32,000 bases of DNA from positions 1,218,061 to 1,250,060 of the forward strand of contig NZ_AP013028.1 in the NCBI RefSeq assembly GCF_000829315.1. Direction: 5' to 3'. Source of the stretch: Wolbachia endosymbiont of Cimex lectularius. GTDB lineage: Bacteria; Pseudomonadota; Alphaproteobacteria; Rickettsiales; Anaplasmataceae. Position 1 is the stretch's first letter. Every line of letters begins with the position of its first letter. The notes beneath the pieces were generated by a model. The model saw only the letters and a program-made list of their open reading frames with translations, did not search any database and had not been told where the DNA came from. Below, in pieces: positions 18,013-27,640 of this stretch. Both the position numbers and the translations under genes were made by a program.

Positions 18013-18498
18013 ATGTTAGTAATTTTAAAGGAAAATATAAGGACTCTTGGTAAGTTAGGCGAAATTGTGAAGGTGAAGCCTGGCTATGCACGCAATTTTC
18101 TTTTTCCACAAAAGAAGGCAGTTAAAGCTACTAAGGAGAGTATAGCAAAACTGGAGGAGCAGCGTTCCTTTTTAGAAGAGGAGAACATAAGAAAATTGAA
18201 TTTGGCAAAAGAGCTAGCAGCGTCTCTTGCTGGTAAGTTTGTGGTGTTAGTAAAGCAAGCTTCTGAGGATGGCAAAATTTTTGGTTCTGTAACAACAAGA
18301 GAAATTGCGAAATCTTTGCTGCAGGAGTGTGAAATTGATCACCGTAAAATATCCTTTAATGGAGCAAAAATAAGAAACTTAGGTGAGTATCAAGTGGGTA
18401 TAGAACTTCACAGTGAAGTAGTGGTACCAATCACTGTTCATGTTGTAAGGTCAGAAACAGATGCGCATGAGTTAAGACAGGTAAAATTACAAAGCTAA
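18013..18498 (+). CDS. rplI: 50S ribosomal protein L9
   Basis: 161 aa with N-terminal domain MLVILKENIRTLGKLGEIVKVKPGYARNFLFPQKKA. Confidence 0.9.
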   Translation: MLVILKENIRTLGKLGEIVKVKPGYARNFLFPQKKAVKATKESIAKLEEQRSFLEEENIRKLNLAKELAASLAGKFVVLVKQASEDGKIFGSVTTREIAKSLLQECEIDHRKISFNGAKIRNLGEYQVGIELHSEVVVPITVHVVRSETDAHELRQVKLQS

Positions 18499-18557
18499 AA
18501 GTCACAGCAACAAGAGAGTCAGACTGCAGAGCAAGAAGACATAAACGATAAGTAACC

Positions 18558-18600
18558 CCTTTCTTATCATCCCGATCCCTGTCCAACTAGCTGACACTTG
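18558..18600. repeat. degenerate palindromic-repeat remnant
   Basis: cctttcttatcatcccgatccctgtccaactagctgacacttg resembles the cctttcttgtcattccag and gtcagctacttg parts of the repeat family. Confidence 0.35.
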
Positions 18601-19022
18601 AAGTTGCTTGCGCTGCTTTATCTTTTCTCGAATGAATCATTACTAATTCATTAACACATCCTATTAAAAACCTAGAATACAACCATTGATCAAGTTATAA
18701 AATAATGGGTCAATCAGTAAATTTTTCGTTAAAAGTGTCGGCCAAAAGCCGCTCTGGGCAAGGTTTCGCGGGTGGGTTTTGCAGCAAGCAAAAATGTGTT
18801 TGCGTAATGTCCCATAGCAGGCTATAATAGACACAATATCAAATACTTAACAAAGAAAAAAAGAAAAGCAATAGCTGAGGGAAAATCAATGCTCACAAGG
18901 ATAAATTTAAAGAGACAGATGTTAAAACAGGTTGAAAATCTCGAAATAAATAGAGAAGATATTATTGAAAGGTTGTACAGTGTATGTATAATATACATAA
19001 CATAAAACTTTATAAAAGTTTA

Positions 19023-19051
19023 TTGACAACTTTACAATTAAGACTTATTAA
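19023..19051 (+). promoter_or_regulatory. sigma70-like promoter candidate for ORF 19100
   Basis: TTGACA (19023-19028), a 17-nt spacer, then TATTAA (19046-19051). It lies ~50 nt upstream of an AGGAG-type RBS and ATG 19100. Confidence 0.5.
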
Positions 19052-19099
19052 ATATTTGGTGCTGTAAAATTGAACTAATAAAATGTTAAAGGAGCAAAA

Positions 19100-20638
19100 A
19101 TGGTGAAGGATTTTCCAAAAGACAGCTGTAATTTAAGCGATAGCTCAATCTACAAGGCACTTATCAGAGAAGAAGACATAGCCGCAAATCAAAAGCTCCA
19201 AGAGATTCAAGGAGCTGCAGACGAGTTTGCTAGACAGGCAATTATTAATAAATTAAGACAAGCGGAGATCGAGCACGAGAAACTTAAACTAGAGTTTGAG
19301 CAGGAAGCTTCTGACAGAGTCGATAACATCCTATCCTATGTCGAGCTGAGTGCTGCAGAAAATGAGGAAAATTTTACAAGTGGTATAGATGGTTTGCTGG
19401 TGAAGCTTTTTAAATTTTTCAACTTCATGGATAGCGAGCTTGGAGTAGAGACAGATCCGCAAGTCTACGGGATGGTAAAGGATCGGGAAGAAAAGGAAAC
19501 TTGGCTTGCTGCGATAATAAAGTTTTTACGGGATAAATTTAATAAGCTAATCAAGGCAATCTTCTCTCGCGATTTGAGTTTCAGGGAACAGATTGATAAG
19601 GAGATAGGAAAGCTATTTGAGAGATTGTTCGGTGATAGTTTATCCCAGGAAGAGGAGGCAGCAATATTGGAACGTCTTGAGGCTCTTCGTAATCTGAAAT
19701 TAAAGCTTCAAATGTTTGTGGCTGGCTCAGTTATTACGGTGTTTATCGAGCTCTTTTCAGTTGAGCTCACAGCTTCAGTAGAAACAACCAAAGAAGAAGG
19801 TAAAGAAAAAACATCAGCGAAAGAAAAAGAAGCAACTAAAGAAGTTCATGAAATTATGGAAATAAAGTTGGATACGAAAGGGAGATATCAAATCGTCGTT
19901 TCAAGTTATCTTCTCGACTTTTCATCTGGTGTTGCAAGGCCAATCACTCTGACCAAGCAAGAGCTTGATCTTTTGCCAAAACCTCTGGCAAATTTGGTGC
20001 ATCGTGTGCAAGAATATGCTACAAGTAAGGAAAATAGTTGGGTAAAAGAAACAAAAGTGAACGAAAATAAGCAAGCGAAACAACCAGCGCAAAAACCAAA
20101 TGTAGCTGCACGTCCAACAAAAGAGCCGGGAAAAGTGCCTGGGACGAGTGGGGTGAAATTTTGTTTCAAGTCTTATGGAGAATCTATTAATTTCAACACA
20201 AGGCGTTCAAATGCTAATGTTAATAGTGTTAATGGGAAAAAACCCGAGTCTAATAATAAGCAAGAAAATAAGTTTGCCGGTTCCGAAAGGAAGCTTCTAA
20301 ATAATGATGTTAATAGCATCAACAAAGAAGGAGGCAAGTCTACTAATGGTCAAAAAGCAGATAGCTCTTATGCTAAACTTGCAACAAAAGCTGCTGAGAG
20401 GAACGCCAGAAAAAAATGTGCTGAAGCATCTACCAAGCACGATTATCCAATTGATCATTTTCAAGTTCCATCGGAAACTAATGGAAAGTCTCATGCTAGT
20501 GCTGAGCGTGAACCTAAACCTAAACAGAGTTCTGTGAATAATGCTCAACCAACAGGTGAGTGTAGAGATGTAAAAATTAATAATCATGTAGAATCAATAG
20601 GAAAGACACAAAAAGAAGCATTATCGAGGAGTAGATGA
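19100..20638 (+). CDS. hypothetical protein (orphan): coiled-coil N-terminal half, Lys/Asn/Ser/Pro-rich C-terminal half
   Basis: 512-aa ORF with an ATG preceded by aaaggagc. It has a central hydrophobic stretch (MFVAGSVITVFIELFSV). I recognise no family. Confidence 0.6.
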   Translation: MVKDFPKDSCNLSDSSIYKALIREEDIAANQKLQEIQGAADEFARQAIINKLRQAEIEHEKLKLEFEQEASDRVDNILSYVELSAAENEENFTSGIDGLLVKLFKFFNFMDSELGVETDPQVYGMVKDREEKETWLAAIIKFLRDKFNKLIKAIFSRDLSFREQIDKEIGKLFERLFGDSLSQEEEAAILERLEALRNLKLKLQMFVAGSVITVFIELFSVELTASVETTKEEGKEKTSAKEKEATKEVHEIMEIKLDTKGRYQIVVSSYLLDFSSGVARPITLTKQELDLLPKPLANLVHRVQEYATSKENSWVKETKVNENKQAKQPAQKPNVAARPTKEPGKVPGTSGVKFCFKSYGESINFNTRRSNANVNSVNGKKPESNNKQENKFAGSERKLLNNDVNSINKEGGKSTNGQKADSSYAKLATKAAERNARKKCAEASTKHDYPIDHFQVPSETNGKSHASAEREPKPKQSSVNNAQPTGECRDVKINNHVESIGKTQKEALSRSR

Positions 20639-20720
20639 CATGAGGAGTAGGACCATGTGAAATCAATAGGAAAAGATGAGAAGACAGTAGAGATGTCTTG
20701 ATAAATTGTTACATCCTATG

Positions 20721-20775
20721 GGCTACTTGGATGACAAAGAGGATGTCATTCCAGCGTGTGACGCTGGAATCTGGG
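20721..20775. repeat. intergenic palindromic repeat element
   Basis: ggctacttggatgaca ... gatgtcattccagcgtgtgacgctggaatctggg. Confidence 0.75.
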
Positions 20776-20824
20776 AGTATAAAAAAAACGAACAAAAATT
20801 TTTGAAAAAAAATAAAAAAAGTAT

Positions 20825-20853
20825 TTGCATTGATAATTTACTTGTAGTATACT
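20825..20853 (+). promoter_or_regulatory. sigma70-like promoter candidate for ORFs 20884 and 21124
   Basis: TTGCAT (20825-20830), a 17-nt spacer, then TATACT (20848-20853). It lies ~30 nt upstream of ATG 20884. Confidence 0.5.
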
Positions 20854-20883
20854 AATTACATAATATTTTTACTGGGGGTTAAT

Positions 20884-21087
20884 ATGCCAAACAATAACGA
20901 TAAAAAAGATAGTGGCAGTTCAAAAGGGTTTATTCCAAGTGACAGATTTGAGAAATACACTGGTCCTAACAAGGAAATACGTGATCAGTATGCAAAGTGG
21001 CAGCACGAACGTGAAAGTAGCAAGCCTAATACACAATTTGGTAGTAGTAGTGCTACTGGTGCCGGCAGTAGTAAAGGTAAAAGTTAA
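20884..21087 (+). CDS. small hypothetical Ser/Gly/Lys-rich protein (67 aa)
   Basis: ATG preceded by gggggtt. It lies 36 nt upstream of the next ORF on the same strand, downstream of a promoter-like site. The sequence is low-complexity and I recognise no family. Confidence 0.45.
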   Translation: MPNNNDKKDSGSSKGFIPSDRFEKYTGPNKEIRDQYAKWQHERESSKPNTQFGSSSATGAGSSKGKS

Positions 21088-21123
21088 TAATGTTGTTTAG
21101 TAACAATTTTAGTAGGGGTAGTT

Positions 21124-22980
21124 ATGAGTAATTCAGTAAAAGAGCTGGTCAATGCGTTTAATTTAAATAATTATGCTATTGATAAAGTTAACACTAACTT
21201 TACTGTAGAAGATAAAAAGAAAAAGATTGTTGGTTTATTTGCTAGCGATACTAATGTAGAGGAATATCTGCGGGAAGTAGGAGAGAAGGTAATAAAGCTG
21301 CACTATCGCACTAGAGAAGCGGCAAGTGAATATTATAACTTGCGGTGTTTTCCGTTTGTTTTAGGTACTAATGCTGATAAAAGGTATTTAGGTAAAGGTG
21401 TAATGGCAGTGGAGCTTGCAGATTCTGCAAATAAGGAAGTAATCCGTAACTTGAAGCTTCATTTTGTTAATGAATTTGAGAGGGTTATAGGGTTTCAAGT
21501 GATTGCAAGCCTAAGAGAAGAGGGAGTGACAGAGGAAGAAGCACGTAAGTGGGCAGAAGGAACTATACAAGTGGGAGCAATAAGTAGGTCTCTTCCTTAT
21601 CTGTGCTGTATAGCTTTTAGTGACGAGTACTTTAAGAGAGAGGAATATGATTCAGAGACTTTTGAGTTGTTTAAAGGAGTGTATATTCAAGAATTTAACT
21701 CAAGATTAAGAAAGTGTGGTCTTAAGAACTCGGATTTTTATGAATATAGGAATGGTATGTTGTACATTAAGGATGTTAGTGATAAGGTAGTCAAAAATGT
21801 GACAGAATATGTTAAAAAAGAAATAGCATTTGATTTTAGAACTCCAGGTAGTGTAGAGTCTAAAGTTGAAAATTGCAAAAATGTTCTTAATGATCTAATT
21901 TTTAAGTTTACGGGGAAATTAATTTATGGCTATGATTATGATGTCTTTACAGATGCAAAAAAAATAAAGTATGGTAATAGTTTTGCTCTTATACCTTTTA
22001 TAGAAGTGAATGGTCAGCTGCAATCTTTAAGCAAGGAAGATGTAGGTAAAATTAATAGCAAGTTAGGTGATGTTATAAGCGATATTAGAGGCAAAACTGA
22101 AAATCCACAATTTGCTAATTGTAAAGAGCCAGTGTATGCTATCTATAATAAAAGGATTACTCAGTTACTCCCTAGGATTATGGAGTCTCCAATTGCGTAT
22201 AATAGAGACTTTGAACGTTTTGAATTTGCAGTTAATCTTGAAAATCTTGGAAATCGGCAAAGGTCATTTTCACCCAATCCTGGTTCTGATGTGGAAGACT
22301 CACCAAGTTCATCACTTAACAAAACTGATTCTCCCATACGCTTCCCTAATCGATCTCCTTCTCTGTCGGAGGTAAATGGTTCAGTACGAAACGAGCCAGG
22401 GTACCGCGATTCTGTAGCTTCCAAAGGTTCCGAATTTTCCAAAAGAAGTAGTGGCTATTATTCAGAATCAGCGTCTTCAGTTGCTGATGCAGAGCCTAGT
22501 GCAGGACCTAGTACGAGGCCTAGTGATGAAAATTGGTTCTTTCGCGATTCTCCACGGGTTTCGTCGATGAGTAGTTCTTCAACTAGCGATTCTATATCAA
22601 GCAATGCGTCAGTTGGCACTGTTTTATCAGGTAAAGGTGGTTTACCCCACTTTAAGGCACAGTTAACGGGACCTGCGGGTTTTCCTGCTGCACGATGTAC
22701 TAAAGCTATGAAGGGAGTACCTACTGCAGTCGATAGTTTCAAATGTTCAGTGCATGGGCTAAGTGCTGTTACTGGTACAGCGACATTTGTCCCTGTTTCT
22801 GTCTCACATGTAAAGCCTGTGGGTTTTGAATATTTGAGGCATGATGAAAGTACTATAAAGAAATTTCTAGCAAATGGTGAAAGGGAGTGGGGTCGTTCTG
22901 GACAATCTGAGCATCGGTGGCAAGATGAAGAAAAACGTAGGTCTTCTACAAAACAGGCCACAAAGGAAAGGGTTTATTAA
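21124..22980 (+). CDS. hypothetical protein (orphan): ~370-aa AT-rich N-terminal domain plus Ser/Pro-rich GC-richer C-terminal region
   Basis: 618-aa ORF with an ATG preceded by taggggtag. I recognise no family. Composition shifts near nt 22260. Confidence 0.65.
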   Translation: MSNSVKELVNAFNLNNYAIDKVNTNFTVEDKKKKIVGLFASDTNVEEYLREVGEKVIKLHYRTREAASEYYNLRCFPFVLGTNADKRYLGKGVMAVELADSANKEVIRNLKLHFVNEFERVIGFQVIASLREEGVTEEEARKWAEGTIQVGAISRSLPYLCCIAFSDEYFKREEYDSETFELFKGVYIQEFNSRLRKCGLKNSDFYEYRNGMLYIKDVSDKVVKNVTEYVKKEIAFDFRTPGSVESKVENCKNVLNDLIFKFTGKLIYGYDYDVFTDAKKIKYGNSFALIPFIEVNGQLQSLSKEDVGKINSKLGDVISDIRGKTENPQFANCKEPVYAIYNKRITQLLPRIMESPIAYNRDFERFEFAVNLENLGNRQRSFSPNPGSDVEDSPSSSLNKTDSPIRFPNRSPSLSEVNGSVRNEPGYRDSVASKGSEFSKRSSGYYSESASSVADAEPSAGPSTRPSDENWFFRDSPRVSSMSSSSTSDSISSNASVGTVLSGKGGLPHFKAQLTGPAGFPAARCTKAMKGVPTAVDSFKCSVHGLSAVTGTATFVPVSVSHVKPVGFEYLRHDESTIKKFLANGEREWGRSGQSEHRWQDEEKRRSSTKQATKERVY

Positions 22981-23125
22981 TTTATTCACTACAACTAACC
23001 AAGGTCAGGGCTTTTGTCTTGGCCCTCTGGGGTTGTTTCTAAGCAAAAACTCAAATTAGACAAGAAGGTTTGAGCAAATTGGATCAGCTATATTTTTAAT
23101 ATTGGCGTTTTTTGTGTACTCTTGA

Positions 23126-23598
23126 ACTACTTTAGTTATAAATATTAAGAAATTCACCAGGCAGAAAAAAAGCAAAAGAAGCCCCGGTCGGTGGCTAATT
23201 ATTTATATGTACCTCAAATATCGGCGTTTTTATTCTCAACGCTACGATTCAGCTACTTTTAAATGCAAATAACCAAAACTGTAAACGTTAAGAAATTTAC
23301 TAAGCAGGAAAAAAAGCAAAAAAGCTCTGAGGCAACTAGTATTCAAATTCTCCCTTGTCTATTTGACGTTCTATACTGTCTTAAACGACTTATAGGCGCG
23401 TTTCAGCTTGTATAGGTAAAAACCTAGAAGTCTAGGTAAAATTAATAAAGACATAAGGTGCACATAGTGCAAAAATTTAAACATGAGACGCCAAATACCC
23501 TAAGTTTTTTGTCATTAACCTGCACAGATTGCGAAGATAAATAAATAGCTTCAGTACTGTGATAATGATATTGGCAAAGGTTGTCAAGTAGTTTTTTC
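23126..23598 (+). repeat. noncoding module, copy C (diverged; tandem ~130-140-bp subunits)
   Basis: It starts with actactttagttataaatattaagaaattcaccaggcagaaaaaaagcaaaagaagcccc, matching 12906-12968. It ends with ggttgtcaagtagtttttt, as copy A does. Confidence 0.7.
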
Positions 23599-23748
23599 TC
23601 ATTTCTATTGGGTAGCTTTTTTCCACTGCTGTCCATCCACTTTCTGTGTAGTGAGGATTGGTATTAGAAAAAGCCGTAGCACAAAAGTCTTGAAGCTTAG
23701 TGCAAAAGTTTATCAAAGAAATTTTAATATTGTGATCAGCATGCATAT

Positions 23749-24774
23749 TTACAACTCTAAACCTGGTAAATTCCCAGTAAAAAGTAGCACTCCTGAGATG
23801 AGTATTAGCCAAAGTACTGATATTGGCAGAAACACTTTCCAACCAAGACGCATTAGCTGATCATATCGATATCGAGGTATTGTTGCCCTAATCCAAATAA
23901 ATATGAACAACAATAAAGCTATTTTCAAGACAAACCAAATTAAACCTGGAATTTTATACAAAAAACTAAGCTCTAGAGGAGGATGGTATCCTCCTAAGAA
24001 AAATATTGTCATCATAGCGCTCGCTAAGATCATGTTTGCATATTCTCCCAAGAAAAAGAGGGCAAAAGGCATTGATGAATATTCAACATTATACCCAGAG
24101 ACAAGCTCTGCTTCAGCTTCTGGTAAATCAAACGGATGACGGTTAGTTTCTGCAAGAAGAGAGATAAAAAACACTATTGCCATAGGTATGAGTAGTAGAT
24201 CAACCCAAAATGGCATATTATGCTTTGTTACTACCATTTCTCCGAGATTTAGCGTGCCAGTTGTAACAACAACTGTGGCAACTATTAAGCCTATCGAAAC
24301 TTCGTATGAGATCATCTGGGCAGCTGACCTTATAGCGCCAAGAAACGCGTAATTGGAATTACTTGCCCAGCCTGCAATAATAATGCCATATACCTCTAAA
24401 GAGGATACAGCTAGCACATAAAGTACTCCAACATTAATATTTGCTATCACCTTAGGAATTACTGTCTGTTGCCCGTTTTCTATAATTACTTCAGCACCAA
24501 ATGGTATAACTGCCCAGGCGATTAATGCTAAAATAAAGGTGAGCATCGGAGCCATGATGAACAATATGGTATTTGCCCTAAATGGTATTATCGGCTCTTT
24601 AATCAGTAATTTAATTGCATCTGCAAATGGCTGTAATAGTCCAAAAGGTCCAACGACGCTTGGACCATGTCTTAGCTGAATTGCACCAATAAATTTGCGT
24701 TCGAAGTACACCAAATATGCTACTGAGAGCAGTAACGGCACCAAAACAAATAAAATGTTAACTAGCGTGTCCAT
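23749..24774 (-). CDS. nuoH: NADH-quinone oxidoreductase subunit H
   Basis: 341 aa, multi-TM, with [27 protein letters not shown] and [18 protein letters not shown]. Confidence 0.95.
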   Translation of the reverse strand: MDTLVNILFVLVPLLLSVAYLVYFERKFIGAIQLRHGPSVVGPFGLLQPFADAIKLLIKEPIIPFRANTILFIMAPMLTFILALIAWAVIPFGAEVIIENGQQTVIPKVIANINVGVLYVLAVSSLEVYGIIIAGWASNSNYAFLGAIRSAAQMISYEVSIGLIVATVVVTTGTLNLGEMVVTKHNMPFWVDLLLIPMAIVFFISLLAETNRHPFDLPEAEAELVSGYNVEYSSMPFALFFLGEYANMILASAMMTIFFLGGYHPPLELSFLYKIPGLIWFVLKIALLLFIFIWIRATIPRYRYDQLMRLGWKVFLPISVLWLILISGVLLFTGNLPGLEL

Positions 24775-26806
24775 AGAAAGCCTTGGTACAATCTGCCATT
24801 ATTTTTGAAGCGCGGCTTATGGAATCTGTCATATAAAAATTATATTCTTTTAGGGCGAAAGGCGCACTGCTTAGTTTTATCTCGTCGCAGGTAATTGGCA
24901 CCCATTTGTTTTTTATCACCTGGTCAGCGTTTCTAAACTGTGGGCCTATAGTATCTAATTTTTTTTTCACGTCAAATAAACTATCATATGGGAAGGAGAG
25001 GCCCAGATATTGCGACAAATTTTTAATAATCAACCAGTCTTCCTTTGCTTCACCAGGGGGAAATACAGCTAAATTTGTTCTCTGCACTCGCCCTTCAGTA
25101 TTCACATAAGTTGCATATTTCTCTATGTATGTAGCTCCAGGTAGAATAACATCTGCTATATGTGCCCCTCTATCGCCATGATGACCTTGATAAATTACAA
25201 ATGTATTTTCTAACTTTGATGTGTCAATTTCATCTGCACCGAGAAGATAAACAGCTTCTATATCGCCACTTTCTGCTTGCTTTAGTATTTGGTTAGTGTC
25301 TTTTCCACCTTTTTGGGGAACAAATCCAATATCTAATCCACCAACTCGTGCTGCGGCTTTGTGCAGCACATTAAAACCATTCCAGTCATCTTTGACCATG
25401 TTAAAATTTTCTGCAATTGTGCCAGCTAAAGCTAAAATTGATTCGGAATCATCTCTTGTTAATGCATCTTGACCGATGATGATCATAGGGTTTTTAGCAG
25501 CGCTTAGCAGCTTGCAAAATTTGTGATTTCCTTTCGCTATTTCATTTAAAATGCTAGGATTATCGCCTAGCTTCTCAACATGATACAAATATTCAATGTC
25601 AGGACCAATGCTTGCAATAGGAAAGTTGCCTTGTAAATATCTTTTTCTTATACGTGCATTAATAATTGGTGCCTCTACTTTAGGATTTGTGTTTATAAGC
25701 AGGCATAAATCTGCATTCTCTATACCCTGAGTAGTGGTGTTGAACACGTATGATCCACGATTATTTTGTATAAGCTTTGCTCCATCCTGCCTACAATCTA
25801 TATTTGCTGAGCCAAGCTTATGCATCATTTCTTTTAGTAGAAGCATAGACTCACAATCCGCAAAATCACCTGCAATTGCAGCTATTTTGTTTGGCTTTGT
25901 ACTTCTTAGTTTTTTTGCAGCAACAGTTAGTGCTTCATTCCAATCAACCGGTGTTAATTTACCATCTTTCTTTATATAAGGTTGGTCAAGGCGTTGCACT
26001 TTTAGTCCATCGTAAGCAAAACGAGTTTTGTCTGATATCCATTCCTCATTCACTTCTTCATTGAGTCTTGGCAATATTCGCATCACTTCCGGACCGCGAT
26101 AATCGACTCTGATCGCACTTCCCACAGCATCGAGCACATCTATAGTTTCGCAATGTGATAGATCCCATGGACGCGCCTTAAATGAGTAAGGTTTTGAAGT
26201 TAAAGCTCCTACAGGGCAGAGGTCTATGATATTTCCAGATAACTCGGAGCTAATATGCCTTTTTATGTAAGTGCTGATCTCTACATTTTCTCCTCTACCA
26301 ATTCCTCCAAGTTCGTTTGTACCTGCAACATCAGACAAGAACCTAACGCATCGAGTGCAATGGATGCATCTATTCATTGCAGTTTCAATAAGTGGCCCAA
26401 AATGCTTTTTTGGTACAGCCCTTTTATGTTCATCAAGTCTGCTAGTTCCCTTTCCATAGGCCATTGTTATATCTTGCAAATCACACTCACCACCTTGATC
26501 ACAAATTGGGCAATCAAGCGGATGGTTAATTAGCAAAAACTCGAGCACTCCTTCACGTGCCTTTTTGACTTTTGGGGTATCAGTATGAATAATCATACCC
26601 TCTGCAACTGGTATTGCGCAAGAGGCTACTGGTTTTGGAGGTCCGCCTTCCACTTCAACCAAACACATTCTACAGTTACCGGCGATTGCTAAGCGCTCAT
26701 GATAACAAAAGCGTGGAATTTCAACGCCCACAGCTTCACAGGCTTGGATTATAGTAAGCCCAGCCTCTACTTCACATTCCTTAGAGTTAATGGTAATCTT
26801 AACCAC
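24758..26806 (-). CDS. nuoG: NADH-quinone oxidoreductase subunit G
   Basis: 682 aa with the 2Fe-2S region [19 protein letters not shown] and Fe-S motifs [14 protein letters not shown] and [10 protein letters not shown]. Its 3' end overlaps the nuoH start by 17 nt. Confidence 0.95.
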   Translation of the reverse strand: MVKITINSKECEVEAGLTIIQACEAVGVEIPRFCYHERLAIAGNCRMCLVEVEGGPPKPVASCAIPVAEGMIIHTDTPKVKKAREGVLEFLLINHPLDCPICDQGGECDLQDITMAYGKGTSRLDEHKRAVPKKHFGPLIETAMNRCIHCTRCVRFLSDVAGTNELGGIGRGENVEISTYIKRHISSELSGNIIDLCPVGALTSKPYSFKARPWDLSHCETIDVLDAVGSAIRVDYRGPEVMRILPRLNEEVNEEWISDKTRFAYDGLKVQRLDQPYIKKDGKLTPVDWNEALTVAAKKLRSTKPNKIAAIAGDFADCESMLLLKEMMHKLGSANIDCRQDGAKLIQNNRGSYVFNTTTQGIENADLCLLINTNPKVEAPIINARIRKRYLQGNFPIASIGPDIEYLYHVEKLGDNPSILNEIAKGNHKFCKLLSAAKNPMIIIGQDALTRDDSESILALAGTIAENFNMVKDDWNGFNVLHKAAARVGGLDIGFVPQKGGKDTNQILKQAESGDIEAVYLLGADEIDTSKLENTFVIYQGHHGDRGAHIADVILPGATYIEKYATYVNTEGRVQRTNLAVFPPGEAKEDWLIIKNLSQYLGLSFPYDSLFDVKKKLDTIGPQFRNADQVIKNKWVPITCDEIKLSSAPFALKEYNFYMTDSISRASKIMADCTKAFYGHAS

Positions 26807-26819
26807 AAATTTAAACCCA

Positions 26820-27029
26820 CTATACAGCTTCCCACTTTATAGGATTACCACTTTCGTCTTGAACGAGACTACCATCCCCATATTCAGCGGACATATAATT
26901 CATACGTGAGTCGCGATCTATATATCTAACTGGTTTTACCGGTTTATCTTTATACATTTTTTGCTTAGCTTTCTGACGCTGAGTAGGGTTATTTTTACTA
27001 GCTGTTTTCGCTTTTCCGCCTGCTGCCAT
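26820..27029 (-). CDS. small basic hypothetical protein (69 aa), first gene of the nuoG-nuoH unit
   Basis: ATG lies 5 nt after a strong AGGAG. It ends 13 nt upstream of nuoG on the same strand, with a promoter-like site upstream. I recognise no family. Confidence 0.6.
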   Translation of the reverse strand: MAAGGKAKTASKNNPTQRQKAKQKMYKDKPVKPVRYIDRDSRMNYMSAEYGDGSLVQDESGNPIKWEAV

Positions 27030-27055
27030 ATGAACTCCTAAAAACTTCTCATTTT

Positions 27056-27083
27056 ATTTTAGCACTTAAGTGTACAGCGTCAA
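27056..27083 (-). promoter_or_regulatory. sigma70-like promoter candidate for the small ORF-nuoG-nuoH unit
   Basis: On the minus strand: TTGACG (27083-27078), a 16-nt spacer, then TAAAAT (27061-27056). It lies ~27 nt upstream of ATG 27029. Confidence 0.5.
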
Positions 27084-27120
27084 CATTAAATAACTTTAAA
27101 GTTTCAATGGATATCTAAAA

Positions 27121-27620
27121 ACAAAAAAACTACTTGAAAACCTTCGTCAATCCCCCTACCATAGTATTGTGGGTGTTTTAGGCCTAAAATTTATCTTTAA
27201 TCTTTGTATTAAGTGACAAAAGCACAGTATAAAACAAGGCGTGTTATGTTTAATTTTTGCAGCATGGACACTGCATGTCTTTATAATTTTTTGTCTACAT
27301 TAGCTGAGCCTCGCTTATTAAGCGGTGTAAGAGAGAACCGGACGCCAAATTTTTGAGAGAACAGTAAACAACTCACGTTGCGGGGTTCTTTTTGTCTTTT
27401 TTTTAATTAGTTAAAAATTTAACCAATCCCGTTTTTTTCACAAAAAAATTGCTTGACAAGTTTTGACGTTTCCCTTATATTATAAATTATGGGTGTTTAC
27501 AACCCCAAGGTCAGCTACTTGTCAAGCGTACAGAGCATTAACGCCAAGTTATTAAAATAGACATTGACCAGGGCTTTTTTTTCTCTATTCGGTAATTTCT
27601 TAATATTTATTGCTAATTGT
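27121..27620 (-). repeat. noncoding module, copy B (inverted relative to copy A)
   Basis: Its reverse complement aligns by hand with 12930-13412, with about 20 differences over a ~415-nt core. It ends 92 nt upstream of ATG 27029. Confidence 0.85.
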
Positions 27621-27640
27621 AATTCATGAATTGAGTAGGA

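Noticed and set aside
18700-18840. Locally GC-richer intergenic stretch (gtcggccaaaagccgctctgggcaaggtttcgcgggtgggttttgcagcaagc) as a possible structured RNA
   Set aside because: I recognised no SRP, tmRNA, RNase P, 6S or tRNA signatures, and I could not define a convincing secondary structure by eye. It is worth a covariance-model scan but I cannot support it as a feature.
20912-21100. 62-aa alternate-frame ORF overlapping ORF 20884-21087
   Set aside because: It overlaps the better-placed ORF, which has an RBS and a promoter. Its Val/Leu-rich composition is typical of an off-frame read.
22458-22961. 167-aa antisense ORF (and 22161-22442) opposite the 618-aa gene
   Set aside because: Stop codons are scarce in the GC-richer segment, which explains the open frame. 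There is no RBS or ATG context, and the sense ORF is continuous over 1.8 kb.
23442-23860. ORFs 23442-23636 (-), 23477-23842 (-) and 23651-23860 (+)
   Set aside because: They lie in diverged repeat copy C or overlap the nuoH 3' end. No coding signal is present.
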